Part shown: one piece after another, positions 50,516 to 62,129 of the stretch
How the letters are laid out: every line of letters begins with the position of its first letter
How positions within the stretch are numbered: the first letter of the stretch is position 1
Assembly: GCA_010093705.1 (NCBI GenBank)
Contig: MU006095.1
Span: 930,001-994,000, forward strand
Direction: 5' to 3'
Origin: Patellaria atrata CBS 101060
Lineage: Eukaryota
DNA: 64,000 bases
Program-made: the position numbers and the translations under genes
Notes under the pieces: generated by a model
What the model saw: the letters and a program-made list of their open reading frames with translations, nothing else
Databases searched by the model: none
What the model was told of the DNA's origin: nothing

Positions 50516-51175
50516 ATGTTCCGCAACTTCTCCTTCGAGGCTGCCTCGAGGCATCCATCCGACCTCGACGCCCACTTATACATGGACATCTCACCGACAT
50601 CAACACCATACCTCCCTGGCGTCCCATCTCCCCGCAGTCTCCCAATGCGGAACCCTCCAATCTCAATAACGGAGCTCTCCGACCGCTTCAACGAGCACAG
50701 CATCCACCGCGAACCGAACTATACGAGCTACTTCGACATTGCCTCCCCCTCAAGCGGCGAGATCTCCCCGCAGTACGCGAGCTTCACCCACTCCCGCCGC
50801 TCCTCGTTCACATACACCGCGCTGTCGCCCACGGCGCTTCGATTGCAGCGCCAGCGCAACACGCGCCTGCAATGCGACGACGCGCACGTCCGGGACATCA
50901 CATCGCTCGTCGAGCGCATGATCGACGTGGGCGACCAATGCGTGCTCTCCTCGCCGACCTCCTCAACCACCACATCCTCCTCGGCCTCCTCGTCCGACGA
51001 CGAAGCGCCCGCAGACGACTTCGCCAGGACGCGGAGGGCCAGCACGTCCGTCATCCCGTCGCACACGCTCAGGTTCAGACGGTCTGGCGATCTGAGGACT
51101 AACCAGGAGCGCGTGATGAAGAGCCAGAGGAAGAGGAAGTATCCCTCGCGAAGGAAAGTGGGGGTGGGCAAGTGA
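50516..51175 (+). CDS. Hypothetical fungal protein (Ser-rich, basic C-terminus)
   Basis: 219-aa ORF with strong GC3 bias; RLQRQRNTRLQC..LVERMI..GDQC core. Confidence 0.75.
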   Translation: MFRNFSFEAASRHPSDLDAHLYMDISPTSTPYLPGVPSPRSLPMRNPPISITELSDRFNEHSIHREPNYTSYFDIASPSSGEISPQYASFTHSRRSSFTYTALSPTALRLQRQRNTRLQCDDAHVRDITSLVERMIDVGDQCVLSSPTSSTTTSSSASSSDDEAPADDFARTRRASTSVIPSHTLRFRRSGDLRTNQERVMKSQRKRKYPSRRKVGVGK

Positions 51176-52349
51176 GCCGGGTCTTAGGCATCCGGCGGGC
51201 GTTCTGTTGTGGGATTTGAGGGGTAGAGCATTTGCATATGATACCATGGGCGATTTTTTAATCGATATATATGGCGTATTTTCTGGGGTTTGGATGGGTG
51301 GCGAGGGATTGCTTAGCACGGTTCCCGGGGGCGAAGTTCAGTACCAATTACAGTCGCTGGCGTGAAGATGATGTTGAAGGATCGATAGCTCGACTGTTGA
51401 TCGAGCTTTACTGCTCAGTATGGGTAGTGTAGTTAATACAGGCATATAATACAGCGCTGAAGACTTCCACCATCTACTTTTCAACTCTTCCTCCCCTTTG
51501 CAGCTCAGTGAACCCTGGCTTATCATCCATCTACTGTACATATACTGGCATACTAATAACTTTGAACAATGATCGAAATTCAAACGAGTCCTCTAGTTTT
51601 GGTCTAAAGTACGGTACAGTACAACTGTTGCCGAATCCACAGTTCCGTCCTTCCAGGTCATATGCTCCTCCCCTATCCAGGATCCTTCCTGTGTCATGAG
51701 CCTAAATCCAAGAAATAGATTTCTTTGTGAATGGCCACCGATATTTCCAACTTCGCTCTTGCCTTGACAAATAAATCGTACCCTTCCCTGAGCTCTTGCC
51801 TCACCACCAAATCAATTTTCAATCTCTCGATCTCCCAATCCTACATGACTAGATTGTCTTTCCGTGTTTGGATATCTTCGTAGACATTGCCTCTCCCGTT
51901 CCATATTCTGGGTCTGACTGATTTTCATCACTTAAATCTTCTTGGTGCTAACCCCATTCAGAAGAACCCACCGTCTAGCATCCTGGAATGGTCGTCAAAA
52001 GAATATCAAATCTGGGAAAGATGTGTCAATTCGTGATTTGCAGAAGGGTTTCCAGCAGCGTATGGTTTAGATCTCTACGTTCGACCAAAGTGTCTGAAAG
52101 GAATAGTCTGTGACTGAGTGTGGGCGTATATCCTCCCTCATCGCGGCTGATACTGCTCACTTACCGTGAGGTGGGATATCGATAGCTCTTAAACCATATC
52201 TACGGTTACAGGTTTGCACAGTCTGTAGTACCTACAGCTTGAACAGTCTGATTCGCTGCGTATAGCGAAATAGGAGGCTATCCTTTATGAACAAGCGTAC
52301 AATACCCTATCAGCACCATGACATGGGAATAGGGTTTCCGTGGTTCGGA

Positions 52350-52949
52350 TCATGGGGACTCCGTAGTGTTGTCACCATCTTCGCTCATATTGTCTTCCTG
52401 ATCGTCATCCTTATCATCGTCCTTATCACCATTTTTACCACCATCCTTGTCTTGATCTGTCTCTTTACCTTTATTTTTATCTTTGACCTTCTGAGTAGTT
52501 GACTTCTTTTTAGTATTACGACGGGTGCCCCCTTTCTGATGTAATATCTGATCCTTAGTCCGCCACCAACGACTAACCGTCGACCGATCGATTTTGAAGT
52601 GGTTTGCAGCCTCTTGATGGGTAGGCGGTCGGATGATCGGTATTTCAGGGCGAGCATAGCCATCGTACTTGAAAGCCGAAACCTTGTGGTGGGTAAGCCA
52701 CATCAAGACCTCCATCTTCGTCTTCTTCGAGAACGTGGTGCGGTGCTGTCTGCGGGGCTTCGGCGCCTTATACACCCGTTCACTCAGCGGCTTTGGTTTT
52801 GGACCACGTCGCTTTGGATATTCGAAACTGGGATTACTTGGGTGAGGTCGTTGCTTGTTTGGAGGCGCTTGAGCTTGAGGATTTGGTTGTGGTGATGGGG
52901 CAATATAGGATGCGAATGCATCGAGCACAGCTCTTTCTGCAGGATCCAT
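52350..52949 (-). CDS. Helix-turn-helix protein, CENP-B/pogo-transposase N-terminal-like (possible transposon relic)
   Basis: RTTFSKKTKMEVL..PTHQEAANHFKIDRSTVSRWWRTKDQIL resembles psq/CENP-B-type HTH; AT-hook-like KRRGPKPKP; acidic tail; no DDE domain or TIRs recognised. Confidence 0.55.
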   Translation of the reverse strand: MDPAERAVLDAFASYIAPSPQPNPQAQAPPNKQRPHPSNPSFEYPKRRGPKPKPLSERVYKAPKPRRQHRTTFSKKTKMEVLMWLTHHKVSAFKYDGYARPEIPIIRPPTHQEAANHFKIDRSTVSRWWRTKDQILHQKGGTRRNTKKKSTTQKVKDKNKGKETDQDKDGGKNGDKDDDKDDDQEDNMSEDGDNTTESP

Positions 52950-53481
52950 AATATAGAAAGGTTTAAGAGATCTCTTGGAATCGAGTATTGGATACGATAC
53001 TGTCGATTGCAGCTTTTGAAATCAAAAGTACCCTCTACTGCTTGTTGCTGGCATTACTGTAAACATAATTTGGGTAGAGCACCCCTATTTATCTTACGGC
53101 TTTTCGGCTGCTACAAACCGCTGATTGAAACCGCGGATTAAAGTAGTTCGTAGATGGTTTGGGAGATCTAGGTGATATAATCGTATCTTCTGTTGGGTCT
53201 GAGTATCTCCGAGATGTTGTCTTGGAAGGACATTGAATTGAACGTGAGCGTTCCTTGGCTGCTGAACGGCGAACGATAGTGCCAAGCAAATCATGATGAC
53301 TAACCACCAAAACCTATGAGTTCCTCAATAGGTTAGGGCGCTCGCTTAACTTTAGCTTCCCACCAAAGATTCATAACCCAATAGATCGAGGCGCGGATCC
53401 TAAGCCGAAAAACATTGTCCAACCATCGACGTGGAAGAAACAGCCTTATCGGTAATCAACCCCGTCGCACACTAACTCAAG

Positions 53482-53593
53482 ATGTCATTCGACATCCCAG
53501 CGCGACTTGCGCACCAGGCCTACTGTAAGATATCTACACATCTGAACAAAATGCTAACCATCAATCCTTTTTATCGCAGTGCACTGCTACTAG
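53482..53593 (+). promoter_or_regulatory. Spliced upstream ORF (18 aa, MSFDIPARLAHQAYLHCY) in NPR2 5' leader
   Basis: ATG 53482 (AAGATG); intron GTAAGA..GCTAAC..CGCAG 53525-53579; TAG 53591-53593; second leader intron 53620-53710. Confidence 0.55.
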
Positions 53594-53733
53594 AGCACGC
53601 CAATTCTTATCCATAATTGGTGTGTCATGTAGCTCCTACGCGTCTTTCTGACCTCGAGGTTAGCGATTCGATATTTTAAAACTTGTGAGCTAACACTGCT
53701 GCTTTACTAGCGGCTAGGTTTACAGAGCCAGAC

Positions 53734-55385
53734 ATGATCAAGGCAATCTTCTTCACCCGCTTTCATGAGAGGAAAGGTAAGTCACGCTTCGCCCAATTAT
53801 TGACGTCAACAATCGCGTACGGAGTACTAACACTTGAGTCCAGGTTCCCGCGTTCTTCACCAAGTTCCAGATGGAGCTATTGTACCATCCTCATCACCAT
53901 CTGCGCTTCCAGCGCCACTATTCAATTTCAAAGACGTCGCCCAGTATATCATTCCGCGTCAAGAGTTCCGTGATCGTTTGGTGACGGTATGCGACAACAA
54001 ATACAGAATTATGGGCTATCCGGTCTGTATCACCGATCCCAAATACGAACGGAACGAATACATATTCAACTTCGTCATAGTCCTCGATGAAGATACGGAG
54101 TTCGCTGGCCATACAGCAATTGTACGGAAGCTAGGTCGTTTGCTCCGCAGCCTTGAGGAACAAGGCAATTTCCTTAGCCGTGAAGAGGATGCTGATATTT
54201 GGGACAAATTGGATGCCACTATCGAGGAACCGGTACAAGCACTTAGTGTGGCCCTTTCGAAGACATCCGTGAAGGAAGGAAAGCAGCCATTTGGGCCAAC
54301 ACAGGCCGATACGGCTGAAGAACAGCCGGAACAACAGGCTGAGTCTGGCCATGAGCGAGCAAAGTCCCCTTTCGGAGACTATCCACCATTTGGCAATGAA
54401 AGCAAGGTGTACGCATTGTGCGAGATGATTTTGGAGGATCTGAACAACTACTGCGAGTGCATGATCCCCATTGGTAAGCAAAAATGCCCACTGTCTCCTG
54501 CCGAATCACACTAATACGTCCATTTCAGACGATTCGAACACCATCAACCTTAAGCTCTTCCCGAAATACCCTCCCCCTCCCCCCGTGCATGCGTGGCATG
54601 TCCCTATCAGCACAGTACAGCTACAATCGCTGGCCGTTTCCGATGACCTCACCCTGAATCGCGTCATTCCGTACATTAACGGCGTACGCTCCGTCGCAAA
54701 AATCGCGGATCTGGCCGATGTCGACATCCATTTGGCCCGCAAGGCAATTTCACACCTCCTGTACTACAACTGCATAGTACTCACCGACATCTTCCAATTC
54801 AACGCGATCTACGCGCAGACCCCCGCGATATACAACTTCATCACGGGGCCGGAGATGCAGGCCGAGTGCCTGCGCTACGTCGTATGGGACGTAGAAAAGT
54901 ACATGAAGGACTGTGAGGCCAAGGCCAAGGCCGAAGCCGAAGCCAAAGGCAAGGCCCCCGCGAGCGTGGTCGGCTCGTACAAGAAGGACTACAAGCCCAC
55001 CTTGCGGGCCAAGTATGCAGACGATGAATTCGACCTCACCAAGTTCAAGCCGGTGCCCGAGGTCACCGAAATGAACCTCATCGACCTCTACACCAGCTTG
55101 CAGCACGGCCTCTCCGTACAGAACTGGTGCATCCAGCACGCGGATGCCCTGGACGGCATCGACGTCCGCCGTCTTATCACCTTCGGCGTCCTAAAAGGGT
55201 TTCTGTACCGCGTGCACAAGTACGCCATCGCGATGAAGGAGGTACCGCACGATGAGGATGGCTTGGGGAAGTACCTGGATGGGATGCATTCCTTCGACGA
55301 AATCTGCACGGATCTGGGCATCAGTAGCAGGGAATTGGAGGCCAAGCTCAAGGAGTATGGCGACGTACAGGTTATCCATCGTTAG
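53734..55385 (+). CDS. NPR2: Nitrogen permease regulator 2 (GATOR1/SEACIT subunit), 3 exons
   Basis: MIKAIFFTRFH, VLHQVP, GYPVCI..KYERNEYIFNF, EDLNNYCECMIPI, INLKLFP, DVRRLITFGVLKGFLYRVHKY. Confidence 0.95.
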
Positions 55386-55939
55386 ATGGGTAGGTTTGCG
55401 GTTTTTAGGATCTTTCGTGGTTGGATTTTTGTATAGTACATGCATTTACGATACCCCCCGGACGAACTTTATGTTGTAAAGTATACGATTCATCATGAAT
55501 GCAATGAGCATCCCTTTTTCTGGATTGTTCTCCTATCTTATACTATCTTTTTGTATCGTGCTACTGCTGTGAGGTAGAACTATAGTCCCTCATGCCCTGA
55601 TCCAGACTGCGCTGTATGCGCTATACAACTCGCACAAATAACCAGAAACCGAACTCCTTTCGCTACCATACGAATCATCACTTTTCTATATCATCCAAAG
55701 GGATGCTCCAACAAGACATATGGATCGGAATTTACGGGAAAGGCTGAAACACATTCCGATAAGCGAAGCAGATACCCGGGCGGGAACTCGGCTTGGGGAA
55801 AAAAAAAAAGTCAAGTTCCACGTGTCTCACGCACGCACTTTACAACCAATTAATTTAACGCCCGTGTTTCCACTCTATAAACAATATAAGTATTATATTT
55901 TTCCACCATTCAGTCTCCCTCACCCTCCAAGCGAACCCC

Positions 55940-57284
55940 CTATAGCGCATTGCACAACGCAGTGTACGGCGCCTTAGGCTTATAACTCGCATCGAACAAG
56001 AGGGGGTTATTCTGGGCCCTCCAGCTGTCCGGGTCGCGGACGCCCCAGACGGTGACGCCGACGCAGTTGGCGATGTTGAGGCAGCCATTGACGGTGGACA
56101 CGTAGTCGTTGCTCGAGGCGCCGACGATGTCGAGCTCGGTGATGGCGCACTCGTCCACGACGGCGCAGAGCTTCTGCATCGCGGCCGGGTGGCCCGCGCC
56201 CTGGCCGGACTGCAAGTGGCCCTGCGAGCCGATGCCGTCGATGGGCACGCCGGCTGCTTTCCATTTCTGCACTTTGGAGACCATGCCGTTGGTCTTGGCG
56301 TAGTTAGCTTGATCGAGACTGCGAGGTGTTAGCCTGGGGGATTTTTGAGGGGTATTTTTTAGGGGGGGAGGATCACTTGTAGTCGTTGATGTACAACTTC
56401 GTGGCGGGGTCGGCCTTGCGGGCGGCGCGGAAGGCGATGCCGATGAAGTCCTCGCCGAGGACGTTGGAGTAGACTGAGGAGCGCATGTTGCCGCTCTCGT
56501 CGAGGACCTCGTTCACGACGTCCTAGTTCACGTTAGTACCCTGCCTATCTCCCATCACTCTAGAAGGGACAAATAGTTGAGCTTACCCATGAGTAGATCT
56601 TGCCCGCATAACGTCCAAGGAGGGTGTTGACGTGGGTCTCGATGACGCTGGTCAAAGTAGCCCTGTCACGGATGTTGTTGACCCAGCCGGGGAGCTGCGA
56701 GTGCCAAACCGGGACGTGACCACGGAGCATCTTTCCGTTGGTCGTCGCCCAGTTGACGAGGTAGTCGGCGCCACCGAAGTTGAATGTACCGCGCTGGGGC
56801 TGGACGGTGTCCATCTTCATGCTATACGAGTTGTCAACATCGCTTTTATCTCCTTCCTGGAGTCACTTAAAACCGACCTGTTCTCAGGAGTGACCTGACC
56901 GAAGTCTCCCTGGATGATCTGGGCATTTTGTCCGGCCTGGAGACGACCCTGGTCGGTAGCAACACCGATGTACTTCTTGCCACGGGCCTTGAATTTCTCG
57001 TCGATGCTGCAGGGGCCAACAGGAACAGCAGCATTACCACTGCCTCCCTCAACTGGGGGGGAGACTGGAGGGGTGACAGGAGGTTCAGGGGTGACGGGAG
57101 GCTCGGGACTTGCGTTGCCTGGTTGACACTGAGAGTACCATTGATTCACCGCGACGCAAGTGTATCCCGACACGCAAGAGGTCTGGGCAGAGTTGTTTCC
57201 ACCGCACTGGCCCCATGCCTGTGTCTGCGCCGCAGCTGGGCCGATGATAGCGATTATGGCGACGAGAACGTGTTGGGGAAGCAT
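55940..57284 (-). CDS. Endo-1,4-beta-xylanase GH10 with N-terminal CBM1 and Pro-rich linker
   Basis: Signal peptide, WGQCGG..C..GYTC..NQWYSQC, PEPPVT repeats, [43 protein letters not shown]. Confidence 0.96.
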
Positions 57285-57771
57285 CTTGGCGGTGGCAGTA
57301 GCGTTCCTGTGAATATTTGGTCAAAAGATACAGTTGAAGTAGCTCGCCTGAAGGCGGATTTACTCGCTTTATAAGACATGACTCGGGACTGGGACAAATA
57401 TTCGATATATCGAGGCCTGATCCGAATGTTGCTTATAGATGAAAAAGTAATTAGTACGGGTCTTATTCCAGGCCAGGTGACATAGAGAGCGGCTCTGTAT
57501 ATGAACATGGATTGGTCGAGGCGTCCAGTTGCCGGCATGGTGCATGTCAAGCTGGGATTAGAACAGACAAGCTTAAAAATTCTCCATGAAACCGTTCTCG
57601 CCGTTGTACCGGACTGGACAGTACAGCATAAATCGAACGCATGAGAGAGGACAAGCAAAGCGCCATGAAGGGAGTGCAATAGTAGGAAGACGTGTGAGGA
57701 ACCCTTGTGCTCCCCATACCCCATACCCCTATACCCCTATACCCCTGAGGTTCCCCAGTCTTGGCTATGCC

Positions 57772-57983
57772 GGCTAAAAGGTTACTTTGCAGACTCCACG
57801 ATTCATTCATCCAAACTGAGTAGTAAATCATGTCTAGGCGTGAAAAGCTTGATAAATCCACCAAACAGAGACTAGGATTCCTTATGTGCAATCTATAGAT
57901 CTGTACCCTGCTATATTTGACCTCTCGTCTACCCGGTACCTCGATTGCAATTTAAATACCCTTCCAGAAGTTCCATGGCTAAA
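57772..57983. promoter_or_regulatory. Two XlnR-type GGCTAAA sites upstream of the xylanase
   Basis: GGCTAAA at 57772-57778 and 57977-57983, about 490 and 690 bp upstream of the GH10 ATG. Confidence 0.5.
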
Positions 57984-58320
57984 TACAAAGCGATATCTGT
58001 GGCGTGTTTGTACAGGTACCGCTTACGCACCCTGCCTTCTATCGTGCTGCGTGTACTGTACATGCGCGGGTTTCCGGTCATACGGAAAGGAATTGCGGCA
58101 TGTTCACCGACGTATCGATCGGCCTGGATATATTTAACTGCGGTATGACCCTTACAAAACTGAAAATAGTCTCAAGACCGAAACGTGAAAGATCGAATAG
58201 TGTCTTTCGAGTCTTTTTCGTTCCTGGCCTTCTAATCGTCCTATATTTGCTGATCAACATGAAAATTCCGACTGACAGGCCACACATGATAACAGTGAGA
58301 TCTCAATGAAGAGACCACCA

Positions 58321-61061
58321 TCAAACCTTCGTATTATCCATGTGGGCGAGACGTATTCCCACAGCGTTTCTATGAGCGTCCAGTCCCTCGACTTCTGCTA
58401 GTCGCATGACTGCAGTTCCAACGTTGCGTAGTCCCTCGGCGGTGAGGTTTGAACTCGTGATGTGTTTTACATAGGATCCAAGATTAACGCCAGAGTATTG
58501 CTTCGCGTATCCATATGTAGCTGCACAAAATCCATTAACATTATTGGTCTTCTGTGAATGGGCCTTGACTTACGCAAGGAGTGATTGACACCCGCAGAGT
58601 AATCACCAACACTCTCGGGTGTCCATTGACCCACAAATACACTTCCAGCATTTTGAACTAGAGGTACGACATCTACAGCATTTTCCACCTGTAGAATCAG
58701 ATGCTCTGGAGCGTACATATTACTATAAACCATTGCTTCCTCGATAGTGTTGACTACAAGAGTGACTGAGTGTTCGATGGCCCCGCGAACAATGTCGACT
58801 CTGGGTAGTGCAGTGGCCTGAGCATGTAATTCATCGTCTATCGCCTGAAGTTGCTCTGGTTTTAGTGCGACTGCTATTAGAATGACTTGCGAGTCAACTC
58901 CATGCTCGGCCTGGCTAAGTAGATCGGAAGCTACAAAGGACGGATTTGATGTGCTATCCGCGATTACAAGTACCTCACTCGGCCCAGCAGGCATATCAAT
59001 GCCCACGCCAGCGCTGGTATCGTTGGACACAACCATCTTGGCTGCAGTCACAAATTGATTTCCAGGACCCAAAATCTTGTCGACTTTGCTAACCGTCTCG
59101 GTACCGTAAGCCAGGGCAGCGATTGCCTGGGCACCTCCGGCTAGCACAATACTTTCCGCGCCTACTTTGTGGGCGACATATACAATCTCAGGCGTCAAAG
59201 TCCCATCGGCACGAGGTGGAGAGGCGAGCACGATCTTCTTGCATCCTGCAACCATTGCAGGAACACCAAGCATGAGAGCTGTGGAAGGTAGGACTGCTGT
59301 TCCGCCAGGTACGTACAGACCTACTCGCTCAATTGGACGGGAGAATCGCGAACATACGACTCCTGGCATCGTTTCAACCTGAAGAGGCTTTTCCTCCTTT
59401 TGTGCGGCGTGGAAACGTCTAATATTCTCATAGGATACATCGATAGCCTCTACTGTGTCTTGAGATAGTTGCATCAAATTTTCAGGAAAAGGGGCGCGAA
59501 GAACTGGAGACGTGAGAGAGGTCGCTTTCTCGAACTTGTGCGTGTACTTTAGTAATGCTGCATCGCCCGTTTCGCGAACATCTTTGATAATGGGGTTAAC
59601 GATACTCATTATCTTTTCAGACGAGCGTTGTGATGGTCTCTGTAGAGCTTGTTGGATCGTTTCTTTACTGTCTTGACTAGTGATAAAGCGTGTCATCTGG
59701 ATTCTGCCATTCTTCAGTCCCGCAGAATCCACTGGATCCTTTGGTATAGATGCAGCCTCTTTGACTTTCTCTGTCTTCCCGTTTGGAGCTGATTCTGCGT
59801 TCGAGATACCTACCGTCTCTGCCCACGGTCCTTTAGCGTCACCTTTGCGTCGTTTGACTTTTATACTCTTTGCATCGAGGTTATTCTCGACGTCTCCCAA
59901 GGTTACACCTGCTGCTACGCATTTCGTCAGTGCAAAGTACATAAGGTCTGCTGCTTCGAAAGCTACGTCTTCCTTGGTTTGGGCTTCGCAAAGCTCATTG
60001 GCCTCTTCCATAATCTTAGCTTGGAGCAACTTCGAATCTTTGAATAGACGTGCAGTATAAGATCCTTCCGGGGCAGATACTTTCCTACTCTGTAGAGTCT
60101 GTTCGAGCCGCGAAAGTCCACGATACTGCCCGAAACATGTAGCCGTTGCTAGATGGCAAAACCCTGCTTGATTATTAGATCTTGTGAATCACGGTCTTGG
60201 ATTTCCCGTACCTCTGCCCTTTTGTTTCACGACAAAAGAAAGACAGTCCCGGTCGCAGTCTAAACCTATTTTGACGAGCTCTTGAGTGTCTCCACTGCTC
60301 TCTCCTTTATACCATAACCCCCTCTTTCTGCTTTGATAGACTCCTCGTCCAGTCTTTAAGCTCTCCGCAACACTCTCTTTACTACTATAAACTAAACCCA
60401 GAGCTATTCCTCTCTCATCCGTGACCAATGTTGTCAAAAGTCCGTCCGGTCTATCACTGGTAGCATTGACAAGTAATAGGCTTGCGACATCAATCAATTG
60501 AGGGCCGGATACAGCATCGACCGTAAGTAATGATGCCGGTAGGACCGGAATTGCGGATAAAGTGGCAACGCGAAAAGCTTTCTCAGACGTAGGTTCTGCG
60601 AACGAGACATAGACTTCGGGTCTGTCAGTCCCATACTCTTTCAGCCAAGCTTCGACGAGTTCGACATCTTGAATATTGTGCGCATATACGCCCACAGTTG
60701 TGTCCGAAATCGCATCGATGATCTCCTGTTTCGAGTTGACTGCAATAAGAAGAATGACCCTGTCTAGATCTACGATCTTAGATGTCTCTAACTGTCGAAG
60801 TTGCTTAAGGTTTACGATGACTTTGGCGGCTCCAGAATCTAAAAGAGAGAGGATGTCATCAATAGAGGTAAGCAATGTAACATCGAAGTGAGTCGCAAAT
60901 AGACCAATTGTTTGTTGTAGATATAGGAAAGCATCCTCCACCGAACCGGGTGTTATTGTGGTGAATGCATTGCCAATGTATGATAAGGCCTTGAGGCTAA
61001 GTCCCGCGCTGGGGGAGGTGTAACTTGTGATATCGATCGCAGGTAGTATACTTGGAGTCAT
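58321..61061 (-). CDS. HIS4: Trifunctional histidine biosynthesis protein (HisI/HisE/HisD)
   Basis: SDRPDGL..YQSRKRGLWYKGESSG..DCDRD, KIMEEANEL..EAADLMYF, GLYVPGGTA, IDMPAGPSEV, DLLSQAEHG, APEHL, NHSL/PTYG; two introns; TGA 58321-58323. Confidence 0.97.
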
Positions 61062-61106
61062 ATTTGCTAGAATACGGGATCTCCTGACATTAATTGATGA
61101 AGTTAA

Positions 61107-61157
61107 AGCAGGAATGGAGCCGGCTATTTATATAGCTTTGTTGCAATTATGACTCTT
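61107..61157 (-). promoter_or_regulatory. HIS4 promoter: TATA box and Gcn4/CpcA site
   Basis: TATATAAA on minus strand at about 61107-61114; ATGACTCTT at 61149-61157; second TGACTC at 61502. Confidence 0.6.
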
Positions 61158-62129
61158 GGAGGGGTAAGATAGTTCCAAAGAGCTTAAAACATTTTTTTTC
61201 ATGTTCATTTTAGTCTGGTAACGCAAAGCACAAAACGGCCCGTTCTCGGAGCATAGGTTAGTCTGATTCTAGGTTCTACTCCACAGTTCTACCATCTGTG
61301 CCATTTTACCATTTCATTCGCTATCATTACTTTTGTTATGGTTATTAAAGAAGGATAAGCGGAGGTACCTCTGTAAAGTTTGTAAGTGAATTGAACGAGC
61401 ATGAGAAGCCATTTCTGATTCTCTTTTCTCTACTACCTTACGCGGAAAGAAGCCTATCTCCTCCACGCTCGACGCATAAAACTGCCCCAATTACCAAGAA
61501 CTGACTCTACTACCACTATCTCCTCAGAAAATCTAGCAAGATCTCCCCATGTCATCCACCGAAACGGGTAACGCAATTTGAAAGACTTCTCTCATCCACT
61601 GATAAAAGCATACATTCAAGGCAATTATTTCAGCACCGCTTCAAGCCCCATAAGATTTGCACCCTTCATGCCACCGACTCAATATTGACCAAAGGAGAGA
61701 AAAGGGTTGGTTACCAAGTTGGTGGCATTCCCCATGAAAAACATAGTTTTAACGCCGAGAGCCAACAACGCCATACTAAAACAGCTTCGAAAATATTATG
61801 TAAGAAAACTCCGCCAGGACCAGCCAATTATGCAATCATCTTTTTTCTTTTTCGGACCAGCGCTCGGAATTCTCGAGATCTGGTAAAGCATGATGTGTTT
61901 GTTGTGGGTTTATGGGTTTTAAAATATTGTTACAAGTAATTGAAGATCGAGACGAGCAATGTCATGGTAGGGATAAGGCAACGTGGGCCCAGTCAAGGGA
62001 ACGTGGCCTTTATACCATATTAGCTCGATTGATCAAGAAAGAAACTGTACAAAAGCATTGTGTCACAAGAGGCTCTTACAGGATAATACTCCTCGTAAAG
62101 ATCCTGTCATGAAACATAATAGTGAATTA

